Below, piece after piece: positions 1 to 12,511 of a stretch of DNA of 64,000 nt. The position numbers and the translations under genes are program-made. Position 1 is the stretch's first letter. Each line of letters opens with the position of its first letter. Source of the DNA: Lama glama (taxonomy: Eukaryota); NCBI GenBank assembly GCA_028534125.1, contig CM052816.1, positions 48,920,001 through 48,984,000 on the forward strand, given 5' to 3'. A model generated the notes under the pieces. That model made no database searches. It saw nothing but the letters and a program-made list of their open reading frames with translations, and had not been told where the DNA came from.

Positions 1-99
1 TAATAAATTTTTTTGGCTACTTGATTCTATCTTAGCATTTGCTTCTCAGAATACCTGGGCTAATGCAATAACTATGTGATCACCATGTTAGGTGAAATA

Positions 100-2010
100 A
101 AACAACAACTACAAAAATCTATAAAATTCAACACACCTTAATGAGAAAAACTGTCTGCAAATTAGGATCTTAAAGAAACAACTTCAACTTAATGAAGGAT
201 AGTTGTTAAAATTTAAAGTTAGCATCTTATTTAATGATGAAATATTGAACACTTTCCCCTCTTTGGGAATAAGACAAAGATACCTACTTTCACTACTTCT
301 ATTCAACATTGTACTAGAGATCTTAGTCAATGTAATAGGGAAAGAAAGAAAAAAAAGATTAACATTGGAGAAGAATAATCAACACTTTATGATTGGCATT
401 GATTACACTGAATATCCTTAGGAATCTACAGAACTAGGATTAGAATAATACGTGAATTTAGCAAGTCAAAGGCTATGAACTTAATATAAGATTTATTAGT
501 AGTGTTTTTATATACTAGCAGCAAACCACTAGAAAACATAATTTAAAAATATTTGCGATATAACTGAAAGCCATAAAATAATTAGGAATAAATTTGAAAA
601 ATATTTGCAAGACCTTTATACTAAAAATTATGTAATAATACTGATATAAGTTGTCATAAACCCAGAGAAATAATGTGGAAATGTATGTATAAATCCAAAC
701 AAATTAGAATAGCCAAATCTCTTTTCTAAAAATCAAAGTTGAAAGAGTTATTTTACCTAATTTCAAGACTTACTATAAAGGTACAGAAGTCAGTACAGTG
801 TAAAGTTAGTGAAAGAATAAGTGTATAGACATACAAAATAAAATGTTTTGGAAATAAATGCAAACGTGTGTTCAGGTGATTCTTGACAAGGTTACTAAGG
901 CAATTGCATGGGAAAAAGAAAAATATTTTCGACATATGGTTTAAAATAATGATACTTATTATAGAAAAAATATGTTGTTGCACATTATTGTAGATAGAAT
1001 AATGATCTCCCAAAGATGGCTATGTATTAATCCTCTGTACCTGTAAATATGTTACCCTATGGCAAAAGAGATTTTGTAGGTGTGATCAAGGTTAAGGACT
1101 TTGAAATGAAGAAATAATTCTACGTTTTCCAAGTGGTTCAGTTTAATGACATGAATCCTCAAAAGTGAAAAATTCTTCCTGCCTGGGTCAGAAAAAGATG
1201 TAACATGAAAGGGACTCTACTAACCATTACTGGCATTGAAGTTGGAGTAAAAGGCTGCAAGCCTAGGAATGTGGACATCCTTTAGAAGTTGTGGGTTAGT
1301 CTTCAGCTGACAAGCAGCAAGGAAACAGGGGCTTTCATCTTAAAACTGTAAGAAACTGAATTCTGCCAACAACTGAAGTAAGGAAATAGATTCTCCCCTA
1401 GAGCCTCTGGGAAGGAATATATCCCACCAAAATCTTGGTTTATACTCAAGTGAGATCCATGTCAGATTTCTGATATTCAGAACTTTATGATAATAAATTT
1501 ATATTGTTTAAGCCACAAAATATTGATATTTCATTATGGCAACAATAGAAAAGTAATACAAGTATATACAAAAATTTAATTTGAAATGTATCAGATAACT
1601 AAAAATAAAATTAAAAAAACACTAAAGCTGTTAGAAGGCATAAAGGAAAATCTTTACATATTAGGATAGGCAAAGATTTCATAGAACACAACAGAAACAT
1701 GAAACATAAAAGAACAAAAGAAAATTTAGATTTATCCAACTTAGAAATGTTTGCTCTTTGATCGTCACCATTAAGAAATCAATAAATTAAGTCTCAGATT
1801 GGTAGAACATATTTATAATACATATCTCTGACAAAGGATATAAAACATAAATATTCAATAATAAGTTAAAACCCAATTAAAGTAGTAAAATATTTAATCA
1901 AAAGACATATAAGGTGGCCAATACTTACACAAAAAAAAGTTCAACCTCATTTAACTTTCATGAAATTGAAAATTAAAACTATAATGAGACACCACTACAC
2001 ATCTACAATA
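100..2010 (+). mobile_element. Ancient L1 (L1ME-like) ORF2 fragment interrupted by a MaLR LTR
   Basis: Decayed RT motifs in ORF 203..421 (FPSLGIRQRYLLSLLLFNIVLE ~ L1 [23 protein letters not shown]); resumes after 1560. Confidence 0.8.
985..1560 (+). mobile_element. MaLR solo LTR, MLT1D/E-like
   Basis: Begins agaataatgatctcccaaagatg; ends aataaa...gcaacaatagaaaagtaataca, typical of MLT1. Confidence 0.8.
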
Positions 2011-2109
2011 TTCATTCACTATACTGTATTGACATTTTACATCTTCTGAAATAATATTGCCATTTGCTTTTCCATTTATTTTTCGACTTAACCTCATACA
2101 TTATTGAGA

Positions 2110-2440
2110 ATACAAAATTTGTTGCTGTAACTAAAAAATGCTCCACATAGTGGTTTAAAGAAGAGAGTGATTTATTTCACTCATTTCAAATCAGAGGTGG
2201 GCTTTCTGGCACTATTGGCTGATGGCCCTGCCCTCCCTCTTGTGTGGTTTCCATTTTGGAGTCCAAGATGACTGTTCAGCCACAGCCATAGCCCAAAGAT
2301 TTGAAAGAGTGAAGTTAGTGGCAGGCAAGGTCCTTTAGGGTGACCAGAAGAAGTTGCGCACACCACTTTGTTGCATATTCTATTGACTGCATGATCACGG
2401 CTAGATGCATGAGAAGGGGCAAATGGTCTCCAGCTGCGAA
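2110..2440 (-). mobile_element. Old MaLR (MLT1) LTR fragment
   Basis: gttgctgtaac...agtggtttaaa...gatttatttcactca resembles a reverse MLT1 end. Confidence 0.5.
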
Positions 2441-2618
2441 AGCTGAGCTTACGAAAGTGTATGTATGGAAGTCAAGGGTGTGGCAAACATTGTTTTATTC
2501 CCTCAGAGAATATTTATGTAACCCCAGGATGTATGTACCCTAATCTGAAGATTATTGCCCCATAGTATATTATTTACTTACTAATGTATTAAAGTGGTCT
2601 GTTTTAAAAGCTTTGCAG

Positions 2619-2736
2619 ATGTACACTCTTCTTATTCACAAAATACTTGCCGTTTGACATTAACGAGCGGACCATTATATCAAGGAAATGGCTCTTTATA
2701 GTATGAAGAAATTGAAGAGATACTGTTGAGTAAAAA
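2619..2736 (+). pseudogene. Candidate fossil exon: MYTLLIHKILAV*H*RADHYIKEMALYSMKKLKRYC*
   Basis: ctttgcag acceptor ending 2618; helical-looking peptide; frame and 3' end ambiguous. Confidence 0.3.
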
Positions 2737-3320
2737 GTAATGAATAGGAACGAAAGAACATAAAGTTTTCAGGATCCCTTGCTTTCCACTGGATGGCACA
2801 CTGAATTCCCCATCATCTCTCTTCATTCTTGTAACCCAAACAAGGTTAAAATGGAATTTGCCAAACCCACACTTCGCCCGTTGCCTATAGTTCTAGCTGA
2901 AGCAGATTTGATACCCTATGTTTATTAGAGTCATTGTGTCCTTTGTTTTGACTGAAAAAATTAAAAAAATAGTCAGGTGTCATTTTGAATGGGATATTTC
3001 AACCTCTTCAAGAACTACAAAATTTACGCAATCCAGGAAACTCTTGGTGTTTTAAAGGCCAAGATCTACAGGTACATCCTCTCATGGTCAATTAACCAGC
3101 CTCTGAGATTCCCTCATGGCCATACTTCAAAGCCAGATGCTAAACTCTTGAAAATGTGCAAGCTAGATAAGAAGAGGGGCTCACTCAGTGAGACCTTGGG
3201 AATCTATCAAGCTCACTGGTATCTTATCTTTGCTTTACCTGTTGGTTACCTTGTAACATGTGTTCTTTTAATTAAAAGTAATACATCTCTTGTTTAACTG
3301 ACAAGTATGTTTCCCCACAG

Positions 3321-3375
3321 GAAATAAAGTGCAAGAGACCACGTATACTATAAGAGAAAAACTAACACCTTAAGA
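3321..3375 (+). pseudogene. Candidate fossil exon (55 nt)
   Basis: Strong sites: tttccccacag| ... |gtaagt. All three frames contain a stop. Confidence 0.35.
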
Positions 3376-3745
3376 GTAAGTCTTCCTTAAGCTATAAATG
3401 GATTTAAAACTTTATTTGCTCCAAAAGATATTAAAATACTTGAGGAAAGAAGCATTTTTGTGCCTTTGGTTAGTTAGATTTGTTTTCTCTTGTTTATTTG
3501 TAAATTTTTACATATTCAAAGAATACTTAATAACCCAGGATTTATTCAAAGCTAAGAATATAACAGTAAACAACACAGACAAAAATCCCTTTCCCATGGA
3601 GCTTGTACTCTAGAAGGAAATTCTCAATGTGAGTTTATGGAGACAGCAGGGAACTGAATGAGTGGATCTATTACAGGGAAGAGGGAAATAAAAGTTACCT
3701 CGTTTCTTAGTTACCAGAAAAAAATGAATTTTTAACAGGAGATAG

Positions 3746-4269
3746 TGTGATATAAATATAAGATTTTACTAGTGAAATAGAAAAGTAAAATATTGTACAC
3801 CCCCAAGAATTGGGGGCAGACCAATCCAAGAGAGGAAAAATGGCACTGCTCCTTTGTTTTTCCTGTTCTTATATCCTGACAGGGGCGTTTTTATGATTGA
3901 TTATTGAAGGCTTCCTTTCTTTGAGTTCTCAGGCTAATTGACAGTTCATGTTCCTTGTACTCGGGCACACCCATCTCTTTTACGCATGCTTTTACCTGTG
4001 TGCACACAGAGAAACGTATAGGAAGGAGCTCAAAATGTAACGTTAATTACAGTATAATGAGCATTGGGTCAAGTTATGCTGAGTCCTTCTCTCTGTTATG
4101 CAGCCTCAGCTTTTGATTCTAGCTAGCTTCTTTGCTGGCCTTCATTTAGAGAAAGTAATAGTTTTTGGAGCCCCTTATCCTGAGTGCAGGGGTGCTGTTA
4201 TTTTCTAGGTTGTTCCTGCCCCTTTCCTCTTCCCTTGCCTGGTGCTCATTTCTGTCTAACTGCCAAACA
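3746..4269 (-). mobile_element. Solo LTR, probably ERV1 class
   Basis: TG...CA termini; GC-richer island; end ctcatttctgtctaactgccaaaca resembles ERV1 LTR ends. Confidence 0.55.
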
Positions 4270-4655
4270 GATCCACAGAGTAGTAGGTGTATATTTACTA
4301 AAAGTCATGTTTCTTGTTATGAAGTTGTCTAATAGTGAGGCGAGTACCATTTTACAAGGACAAAAGAGAAAAGTGATACATAAAGTTTTCCAGACAGTCT
4401 TAATTTACAATATTTTATCACTTTTATAAACATAATTTATTTGAAAAATAATGAATATATGTATATAATCTTTACATTACCATTTATTTAAATATTTTTG
4501 CTAATATGCCTATAAGGAAATATTACTCCACTTGTCTAAGTTCTATATTGATCTGCCAGTTTCTACCTTTGATGATCTTATGTAAATTTCTGAGTTTTAT
4601 TTTTTTCATTATGTCAGATTAAAATATTAAGTCAACACTATGTACCATTACATAG

Positions 4656-4720
4656 GTGCTGCATACCAATATCTTTGGAAGCATGGTGAAGGAGTTAGAG
4701 TGTTGTATAACTGTATTTAG
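4656..4720 (+). pseudogene. Candidate fossil exon: (G)AAYQYLWKHGEGVRVLYNCI*
   Basis: ttacatag acceptor; protein-like frame; donor unclear. Confidence 0.3.
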
Positions 4721-4825
4721 TATTATTACTGTTTTTTCATTTTTTGTGATTAAATGTATCTCCCTGCTTCAAATAACCTAATAAACTTAATAAATAAAAA
4801 TAAAAAGTAAAACATAATAAGAACT

Positions 4826-6520
4826 TAATTTGCATTTCTCTAATAATTAGCGATATTGAGCATCTTTTCATGTGCCTGTTGGCCATCTGAAAGTCTTGAT
4901 TGGAGAAATGTATATTTAGGGCTTCTGTCCATTTTTTGATTTGGTTTTTTTTTTTTTGATATTAAGTTGTATGAGCTGTTTGAATATTTTAAAAATCAAT
5001 CCCTTGTTGGTCACATTGTTTAGAAATATTTTTCCCCACTCTGTGGGTTATCTTTTTGTTTTGTTTATGGTTTCCTTGCTGTGCAAAAGTTCTTGAGTTT
5101 AATTAGGTTTCATTTGTTTATTTCCATTAATCTAGGAGATGGGTTGAAAAAAATACTGCTATGATTTATGTCCTAGTGTTCTGTGTTTTCCTCTAGGAGT
5201 TTTAGAGTATCTCATCTTACATTTAGGTCTTTAAGACATTTTGAGTTTATTTCTGTATATGGTGTTAGAAAATGTTCTAACTTCATTCTTTTAGCTGTCC
5301 AGTTTTCCTAGCACTTATTGAAGAGACTGTATTTTCTCTATTGTATATTCTTGCCTCCTTTGTCCTAGATTGATGGACCGTATGTGGGTTTATTTCTGGG
5401 CTTTCTGTTTTATTTCATTGATCTGTGTGTCTGTTTTTGTGTCATTGCCATACTGTTTGGTTACTGTAGCTTTGTAATATAGTCTAAAGTCTGGGAGTAC
5501 GTTTCCTCCAGCTCCATTCTTTTTTCTCAAGATTGTTTTGTCTATTTGGGGTCTTTTGTGTTTCTGTATGAATTTAAATTTTTTTGTTGTTCCAGTTCTG
5601 TGAAAAAATGCATTGGTAATTTGATATGGGTTGTATTGAATCTTTATAATGCCTTGGGTAGTGTGGCCATTTTAACAATATTGAGTCTTCCAATACATGA
5701 ACACAATCTGTCTTTCCATCTATTAATGTTATTTTCAATTTCTTTCATCAGTGTCTTAAGAGTTTTCAGAGTACAGGTCTTTTGCCTCCTTAGGTAGGAT
5801 TTTTTAATTCTTTTTGATGCAGTGGTAAATGGGATTGTTTTCTTAATTTATTTTTCTGATATTTTGTTGGTAGTGTATAGAAATGAAACAGATTTCTTTC
5901 TATTAATTTTGTATCCTTCAACTTTATGAATTCATTGATGAGCTCTAGTAGTTTTCTGGTAGCATCTTTAGAATTTTCTATGTATAGTATTATGTCATTT
6001 GCAAACAGTGACTGTTTTACTTCTTCTTTTCCAATTTGGATTCCTTTTATTTCTTTCACTTCTCTGATTACTATCGCTGGGATTTCCAGAACTATGTTGA
6101 ATGAAAGTGGTGAGAATGGAAATCCTTGTCTTTTTCCTGATCTTAGAGGAAATGCTTTCAGCTTTTCAATGTTGTGTGTAATTTTAGCTGTGGATTTGTC
6201 ATACATGCCTTTATTATGTTGAGGTTTGTTCCCTAAGTCTACTTTCTGGAGAGTTTTTATCATTAATGGATATTAAACTTAATCAAAACCTTTTTCTGAA
6301 TCTATTGAGATGATCATATGATTTTTATTCTTCAAGTTGTATATCATATTGTTTGATTTGTGAACATTAAAAAATCCTTGCATTTCTGGGATACATCCCA
6401 CTGGATCATGGTATATGATTCTTTTAAGGTATTTTTGGAGTCAATTTGCTACTATTTTTTTTTTTTGAGGATTTTTGCACCTATATTCATCAGTGGTGTT
6501 GGCCTATGATTTTTTTTTTT
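4826..6520 (-). mobile_element. L1 ORF2 (RT to C-terminal region), antisense
   Basis: ORF 5790..6263 (-): KLKAFPLRSGKRQGFPFSPLSFNIVLE...SLFANDIILY = L1 RT. Confidence 0.95.
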
Positions 6521-7385
6521 TCAAGAAGACCTAAATAGACATTTATCCAAAGAAAACATCCAGATGTCCAAAAAGCACATGAAAAAATGCTCAGTATTAC
6601 TAATTATCAGAGAAATGCAAATTCAGAACTACAATGAGGCATCACCTCACAGCAATCAGAATGGCCATCATTAATAAGTCCACAAACAATAAATGCTGGA
6701 GAGGGTATGGAAAAAGGGAAGCCTCCTACTGTTGGTGGGAATGTAGTTTAATGCAGCCACTATTGGGAAATAGTATGGAGATTCCTTAAAAAACTAAAAA
6801 TAAGGTTACCATATGACCCAGCAATCCAACTCCTGGGCATATATCCAATGAAAACTCTAATTTGAAAAGATACATGCACCCCAATGTTAATAGCACTATT
6901 TTACAATAGCCAAGACATGGAAACAGCACACATGTTCATGGACAGATAAATGAATAAGGAAGTTGAGGTGTGTGTGTGTATGTATGTATGTGTATATGTG
7001 TGTGTATAATGGAACATTACTCAGCCATAAAAATGAATAAAATAATGCCATTTGCAGTAACATGCATAGACCTAGATATTATCTTATTAAGTGATATAAG
7101 TCAGACAAAGACAAGTATCATGTGATATCACTTATATGTGGAACCTAAAAAGAATCATGCAAATCAACTTATTTACAAACCAGAAATAGACTCACAGATA
7201 TAGAAAACAAACTTTGGTTACCAAAGGAGAAAGGGGTGGGGAAGGGTTAAGTTAGAAGTTTGGAATTAACATATACACACTACTATATACAAAATAGATA
7301 AAAAACAAGGACCTACTGTATAGCGCAGGAAACTGTATGTTCAGTATCTTGTAATAACCTATAATGGAAAAGAATCTGGAAGAGA

Positions 7386-7422
<37 letters not shown>

Positions 7423-7555
7423 CACACACACACACACGTATATATATATAGAGAGAGAGACAGAAAGAGAGAGTGCTAAATAACTTTGCTGTACACCTGA
7501 AACTAACACAACATTATAAATCAGCATTGTATACATTAATTTTAAAAAATATTAA
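6521..7555 (+). mobile_element. L1 3' end (end of ORF2 + cetartiodactyl-type 3' UTR with compound microsatellite)
   Basis: gactcacagatatagaaaacaaac...caaggacctactgtatagc...ctttgctgtacacctgaaactaacacaaca. Confidence 0.9.
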
Positions 7556-7764
7556 ACATTTAAAACAGATACCTTACACTTAAACTAATTCTTTAACATT
7601 TTTGTTCTTGGAAACTCAAGTGTTTTCTTAAAATACAGAAAATATTAACTTGAAAATTGATAATAGTTGTTTTGGAAAAATTTAATGCTTTAAAAATATT
7701 TTTCAAACCTTGCTATCCAAGATCTCATATGAAACTTTGTGTTGTATTAAAATAATGAATATAG

Positions 7765-7842
7765 TCAGTAATTTATCTGGAGAGAAGACATGTTACGGTT
7801 CATAATGATTTTTACATTAGAAGAAATATCTAAAATATTTAG
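7765..7842 (+). pseudogene. Candidate fossil exon: ...FIWREDMLRFIMIFTLEEISKIF(R)
   Basis: 23 open codons from 7772, ending AG|gtaatt (phase 2), matching the phase-2 start at 9415. 5' boundary uncertain. Confidence 0.4.
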
Positions 7843-7979
7843 GTAATTTTCTTGTCTTGATCCTAATTTACTTAAGGACTTTTTTTTTTTTAATATCATT
7901 ATATGCATCTTCTTTCCTATCCTCATCCCGGAGATGTTCTTATGGTAAAACTAATACTTTGGTTACGTTAACTGTATAA

Positions 7980-8817
7980 TGCCGGAGTCCAGCCCCAGCG
8001 GGTTCAGGAACCTGAGGGAGGAGTAGCGTCGGCGCGAAGAAAGACACACTTCAGCAGCTCATGGCAGCAGGTTCTCCGCCAGTTTTACTCATGTTGTGGT
8101 ATTTATACTTATGCTTACAANNNNNNNNNNNNNNNNNNNNNNNNNNNNNNNNNNNNNNNNNNNNNNNNNNNNNNNNNNNNNNNNNNNNNNNNNNNNNNNN
8201 NNNNNNNNNNNNNNNNNNNNNNNNNNNNNNNNNNNNNNNNNNNNNNNNNNNNNNNNNNNNNNNNNNNNNNNNNNNNNNNNNNNNNNNNNNNNNNNNNNNN
8301 NNNNNNNNNNNNNNNNNNNNNNNNNNNNNNNNNNNNNNNNNNNNNNNNNNNNNNNNNNNNNNNNNNNNNNNNNNNNNNNNNNNNNNNNNNNNNNNNNNNN
8401 NNNNNNNNNNNNNNNNNNNNNNNNNNNNNNNNNNNNNNNNNNNNNNNNNNNNNNNNNNNNNNNNNNNNNNNNNNNNNNNNNNNNNNNNNNNNNNNNNNNN
8501 NNNNNNNNNNNNNNNNNNNNNNNNNNNNNNNNNNNNNNNNNNNNNNNNNNNNNNNNNNNNNNNNNNNNNNNNNNNNNNNNNNNNNNNNNNNNNNNNNNNN
8601 NNNNNNNNNNNNNNNNNNNNCCCCATCTTGTCCCCGTAGGGACTCCCTAGAATCATAATTCTTAATATATCCACATAGCAAAGCAAATATTGAGCAAAAT
8701 CCTAAGAAGATGCAGAGAACCTCGCCACAACTTTTCTTACCACTGCTGTGCAGTGGCCCCCTCATAGACCCCTCGCTGTGCGTACAGCCTCAGGGTCTGG
8801 TGGCCTGGCTCCCGACA
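7980..8817 (-). mobile_element. Young ERV2 (betaretrovirus-like) LTR spanning a 500-N gap
   Basis: TG..CA termini; perfect 6-bp TSD GTATAA (7974-7979, 8818-8823); CpG-rich; on - strand TATAAATA (8100-8107) followed by AGTAAA (8084-8089). Confidence 0.85.
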
Positions 8818-9414
8818 GTATAAACTAAAGAAAATATGTTCTTCTTGTCTTAATGGAAATTGAATATTCACTCATCCCATCATCTGGGGATGGCAAACCT
8901 ACACTATTGTTGATCTAATAGAAAGCTTCACACAAATTAGAACAGCTGTTTTGACCCTTGCTTACAGCTTTCCAAAGTTTGATCTGATATGTGAAACTTA
9001 TTCTCATAGAAAGAAATTCCTATTCATCCAAGATTCAATAGCATTGACCAAATAACTGAGTAAATTTTTGTACTTTTTAAATTTTACATTCTATTTTGCA
9101 TTATCACATTAAGACTGTTTTCTAAGCCTGAAATGCGACATGCTTTTTTTCACTTTTTTTATTTTGAGTCTAACTTACATTGTTGCTACATTAAAGTTTA
9201 AGGTAAAATCCTTGTAATGCTCTGAAAATCTACCTACTTGTAATATTGTTTTCTTTTTATTGAAGTCAGTCATCTGAGTAAATAGTACCAGTTTTAGTAG
9301 AAAAAGATATAGGCCTAATTACTTTAATGTTTTCTTCATAGGTTTATTATCAGCTTGTCGTGTCCATATTTCCATTTCCCATCTCCCATTATTTTTTTTA
9401 TTCATATAAATTAG

Positions 9415-9560
9415 GAACTCTGCTGTGTTACAGCTTTAGAGGAATAATAATGTAGTAGATTGTCTCCAAAATATGACTGGAGTACATTTCAAAAGCATAT
9501 TTCCAATCCATTTTTTGAACACAAAACACATTTTTTGTAAGAAGGGAAATGTTAAAATTG
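9415..9560 (+). pseudogene. Candidate fossil exon: NSAVLQL*RNNNVVDCLQNMTGVHFKSIFPIHFLNTKHIFCKKGNVKI
   Basis: T-rich tract+ttag acceptor, G|gtaatg donor; 48 codons with one TAG. Confidence 0.45.
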
Positions 9561-9624
9561 GTAATGAGTAGATAAATTATATTTTAAAATATGATTTAAT
9601 GCATGATATAGCTAAAATATACCT

Positions 9625-9935
9625 TTGCAATGAAAAATAAAAATTTATTTTCTCCCATTTTTAGAGGCTAGAAGTCTCATATCAAGGTTCTGGCTAATCC
9701 AGTTTCTGGTTAAGGGATATCTTCTCTTGATGTACGTACGCAGAGAAAGAGAGAGCCAGGGAGCTCTCTGGTGTCTCTGATATGGTCCTAGCCCTATCAG
9801 ATCAGGGCCCCACTCTTAATGATATCATTTAACTCTAATGACTTCCATAAAAGCTCTATCTCCAAAAAGGCCTCTCAATGAGGCCTGGGGCTTCAAGATA
9901 AATTTTTGAGGAACACAAATTTCAATCTGTAGTAA
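9625..9935 (-). mobile_element. MaLR LTR (MLT1A/B-like)
   Basis: aaatttattttctc...gaggctagaagtc...atcaagg reverse MLT1 signature. Confidence 0.7.
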
Positions 9936-10731
9936 TTAGCATAGCACTCAGTAGTACCACTGAAATGTAAACTTCTGTCATTGAAGTGATATCTGTCCAG
10001 TTCCAGCTCAGATAAACATATATCCTAGTGAAAGGCTTCCAATGGAAAAATGATTTAAACTATAGATACAAATGATTAATATCAGAATGGTATTAGATTT
10101 TTTTTTAATTGGGAGAGAAATATACTAAGAAAAGTAGGAAGGAAGCAATGGTGAAAGCATTATAAATCCCTTACCAACATAACCATGTTGGATACTCCAT
10201 AACCACTGGTTGGTGCTTTCAGTTTTATGATTAGGTCTCTCCTCAGGCCAGCAGAATTTTAAAGAAAGAAGACAGTGGTTTATCACAAAACCACAGCAAA
10301 TAGTCTAAATATTTACCAACATGGATGCTTAAATAATTTTAATAATTATTTCAAACACGCACGCACACACACACACACACAGAGGCACACACATAACAAA
10401 AGCAAAAAATAATAAAAAAAAGTAATATGTCAACCTGATGGGAATATTGTTTTGTAGGCGTTGAAAATAATTTTAAATATATTTAAGAACACATAAAATG
10501 CTTCTGACATAGTAGGCTATCATTACATATGTTTATAATCATCTCAATTAAGTTATGCATGCGGCATGAGGCATGACCTGTCTCACCCAGAGTCACCTAT
10601 TTCAATATTTTAGACCTTTTTGAAATTTATATGTAAAGACATGGTTATAATTTTGAAATAGATATCGACTATAGATAAATAGATAAATTTAACAAAGAAT
10701 ATATTTAATTTTAATATATTTAATAAACAAG

Positions 10732-11074
10732 GTGATGGAATGGAGTTAAGGAGGTGGTGAGGATTTAAAGAGATTGTTTCTTGCGGGGAGAGGTTTGAAG
10801 CTACCTCCTTTATATACGTGGTGATGAAAATGCCCAGGGATTCCTTAAAGCCTTTGGGATACTTTGTCTTTAGTTAGAGGACACAGAGATTTTATTTATT
10901 TTTTTTGACTTATGCCAGAAAGCTGAAAATGGAAACAGGATAGAAGTGGCTGGATTGAGAATGGTTTCTCAAATGTTTTCAAAGCAGAGTTTACATGAGT
11001 GTTTCTCATAGATCAAATGTGAACCGTTTCAGAGACAGACTACCTGAAACCATTTCTGTCCTGCCCAGAGGACT
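10732..11074 (+). pseudogene. Candidate fossil exon: *WNGVKEVVRI*RDCFLRGEV*SYLLYIRGDENAQGFLKAFGILCL*LEDTEILFIFFDLCQKAENGNRIEVAGLRMVSQMFSKQSLHECFS*IKCEPFQRQTT*NHFCPAQRT
   Basis: Locally higher GC island; ends at consensus |gtgagt in phase 0. Six stops in 114 codons is near the random rate, so support comes from composition and the donor only. Confidence 0.35.
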
Positions 11075-11229
11075 GTGAGTGTGGGTAAGAGGATGGCCAC
11101 ATAAACCAAGATGTCAAGATGGAAGCTGGCGAGTATTTACTATCTAAGCCAAGGTAGCTTAAGAGACTAAACAAACACCTATGATTTAGAGAGAGAGAGA
11201 GCCCAGCTGAAACATTTTGCATGCTGAGA

Positions 11230-12510
11230 GAGTGCAAAATCTTTGTGTCTGGCTTATTTTGATCAAAATAGTATTTTGGAAATTCATCCATGTTTCTCTG
11301 TGTGTCAATAGCCCATTCCTGTTTATAGCTGAACAGTATGTATAACAATATGTTTGGACATGAAGTGTCCTTTCTTATGCTTAGGAATATTTGCATTGTT
11401 TCAGATTTGCATCTACTGTGAATAGGAGTTAAATACATTCTTGTGTAAGCCATTATATGGACATTTGATTTTATTTATTTTTTGATGAGCAGGGAATTTT
11501 TTTTTATTGTCACATACATCAGGTGTTTCCTTACGTTAACATTTTCGTTTTGTCTTTCAATTTTTACCTCACTCAAAATCTAAAAAAAGTCTTCCTATAT
11601 GTTCTTCTAGAAGATTTATTTTTCTAACTTTTTCACTTATATGGACAACTCATATCAATTTCTGTACATATACTGAGATAGAAATTGAGATTTATTTGAA
11701 TCCATATGGTTGTCTAGTTTTTTCCCAGCACTGTTGTTAAAATTTTTTATATCCGTATTGAATTGATGCAGTTCCTTCATCATAAAACATTTGACTCTGT
11801 ATGTATTTCTAGATTCTCTGTTCTATTCCAATTATCTATTTTTCTTGGTTATTGTAGCTTTACAGTAAGTCTTGAAATTAAGCATACGATTCTCCTAAAT
11901 TTTTAAAAGATTGTTTTGGCTCTTATAAATCATTTTGTTCTCAAATAAATTTAAAATTCATGCTGTGAAAATTTCTATAAATATTCTGCTGGGATTATAT
12001 TGGGTTACAGTAAATTTATCAACTGATTTATAGGGGCTTGGCATTTCAAAAGTACTGAAAAAAGTTCTTAGCAATTAAATTTTCAAATATATCTTCTGTA
12101 AAATTAATTCCTTCTCTTGTATTTTGGAAAATCAAAATAATCCATTTGTTTGACCACTTGATATAATTTCGCAGATCACCTCAGATGCTATTTGCATCCT
12201 TTCTCCACTCTTTGATTTGTTCATTTCAGTAGGGGTAATTTTTATTGACTAGTCTACAAGTTCAGTGAAAATTTATTCTACTTTCTTAGGCCTCTGTTAA
12301 GTATACTGAATAAATTCTTTATTGGTGATAATATATGTATATTTTTAAAATTAGAATCTTTACATTTAAAAATAATTTCTATATTACTTCTGTAATTCTT
12401 CATCGTTACATACATAGCTTCTAACTTTTCCACTATTTTATTCAAGGTATTTATGATAGTTTTAATGAAGTTTCTGTTTGTCAGTTTCAACATATGAACC
12501 AACTTTGATT
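11230..12510 (-). mobile_element. Ancient L1 fragments (3' region and ORF1-like)
   Basis: ttattgtagctttacagtaagtcttgaaat and other L1 ORF2 antisense motifs; Lys/Asn-rich ORF 12278..12547 (-). Confidence 0.65.
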
Positions 12511-12511
12511 C

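Noticed and set aside
2619..4720. Peptide resemblance to ARM regions of TERB1 or AGTPBP1
   Set aside because: Only short generic helical matches, not colinear; no gene symbol assigned.
8051..8765. Long ORFs of 184-216 aa (and similar ones at 24154-24571)
   Set aside because: Artefacts of translating N-runs.
9480..9563. HFLNTKHIFCKKGNVKIG resembles a kinase HRD...VKIGDFG segment
   Set aside because: No HRD or DFG and no other kinase motifs in neighbouring exons.
9960..10335. Possible additional exon (DICPVPAQINIYPSERLPMEK*FKL*IQMINIRMVLDFF)
   Set aside because: Many stops, needs a frameshift, no clear splice sites.
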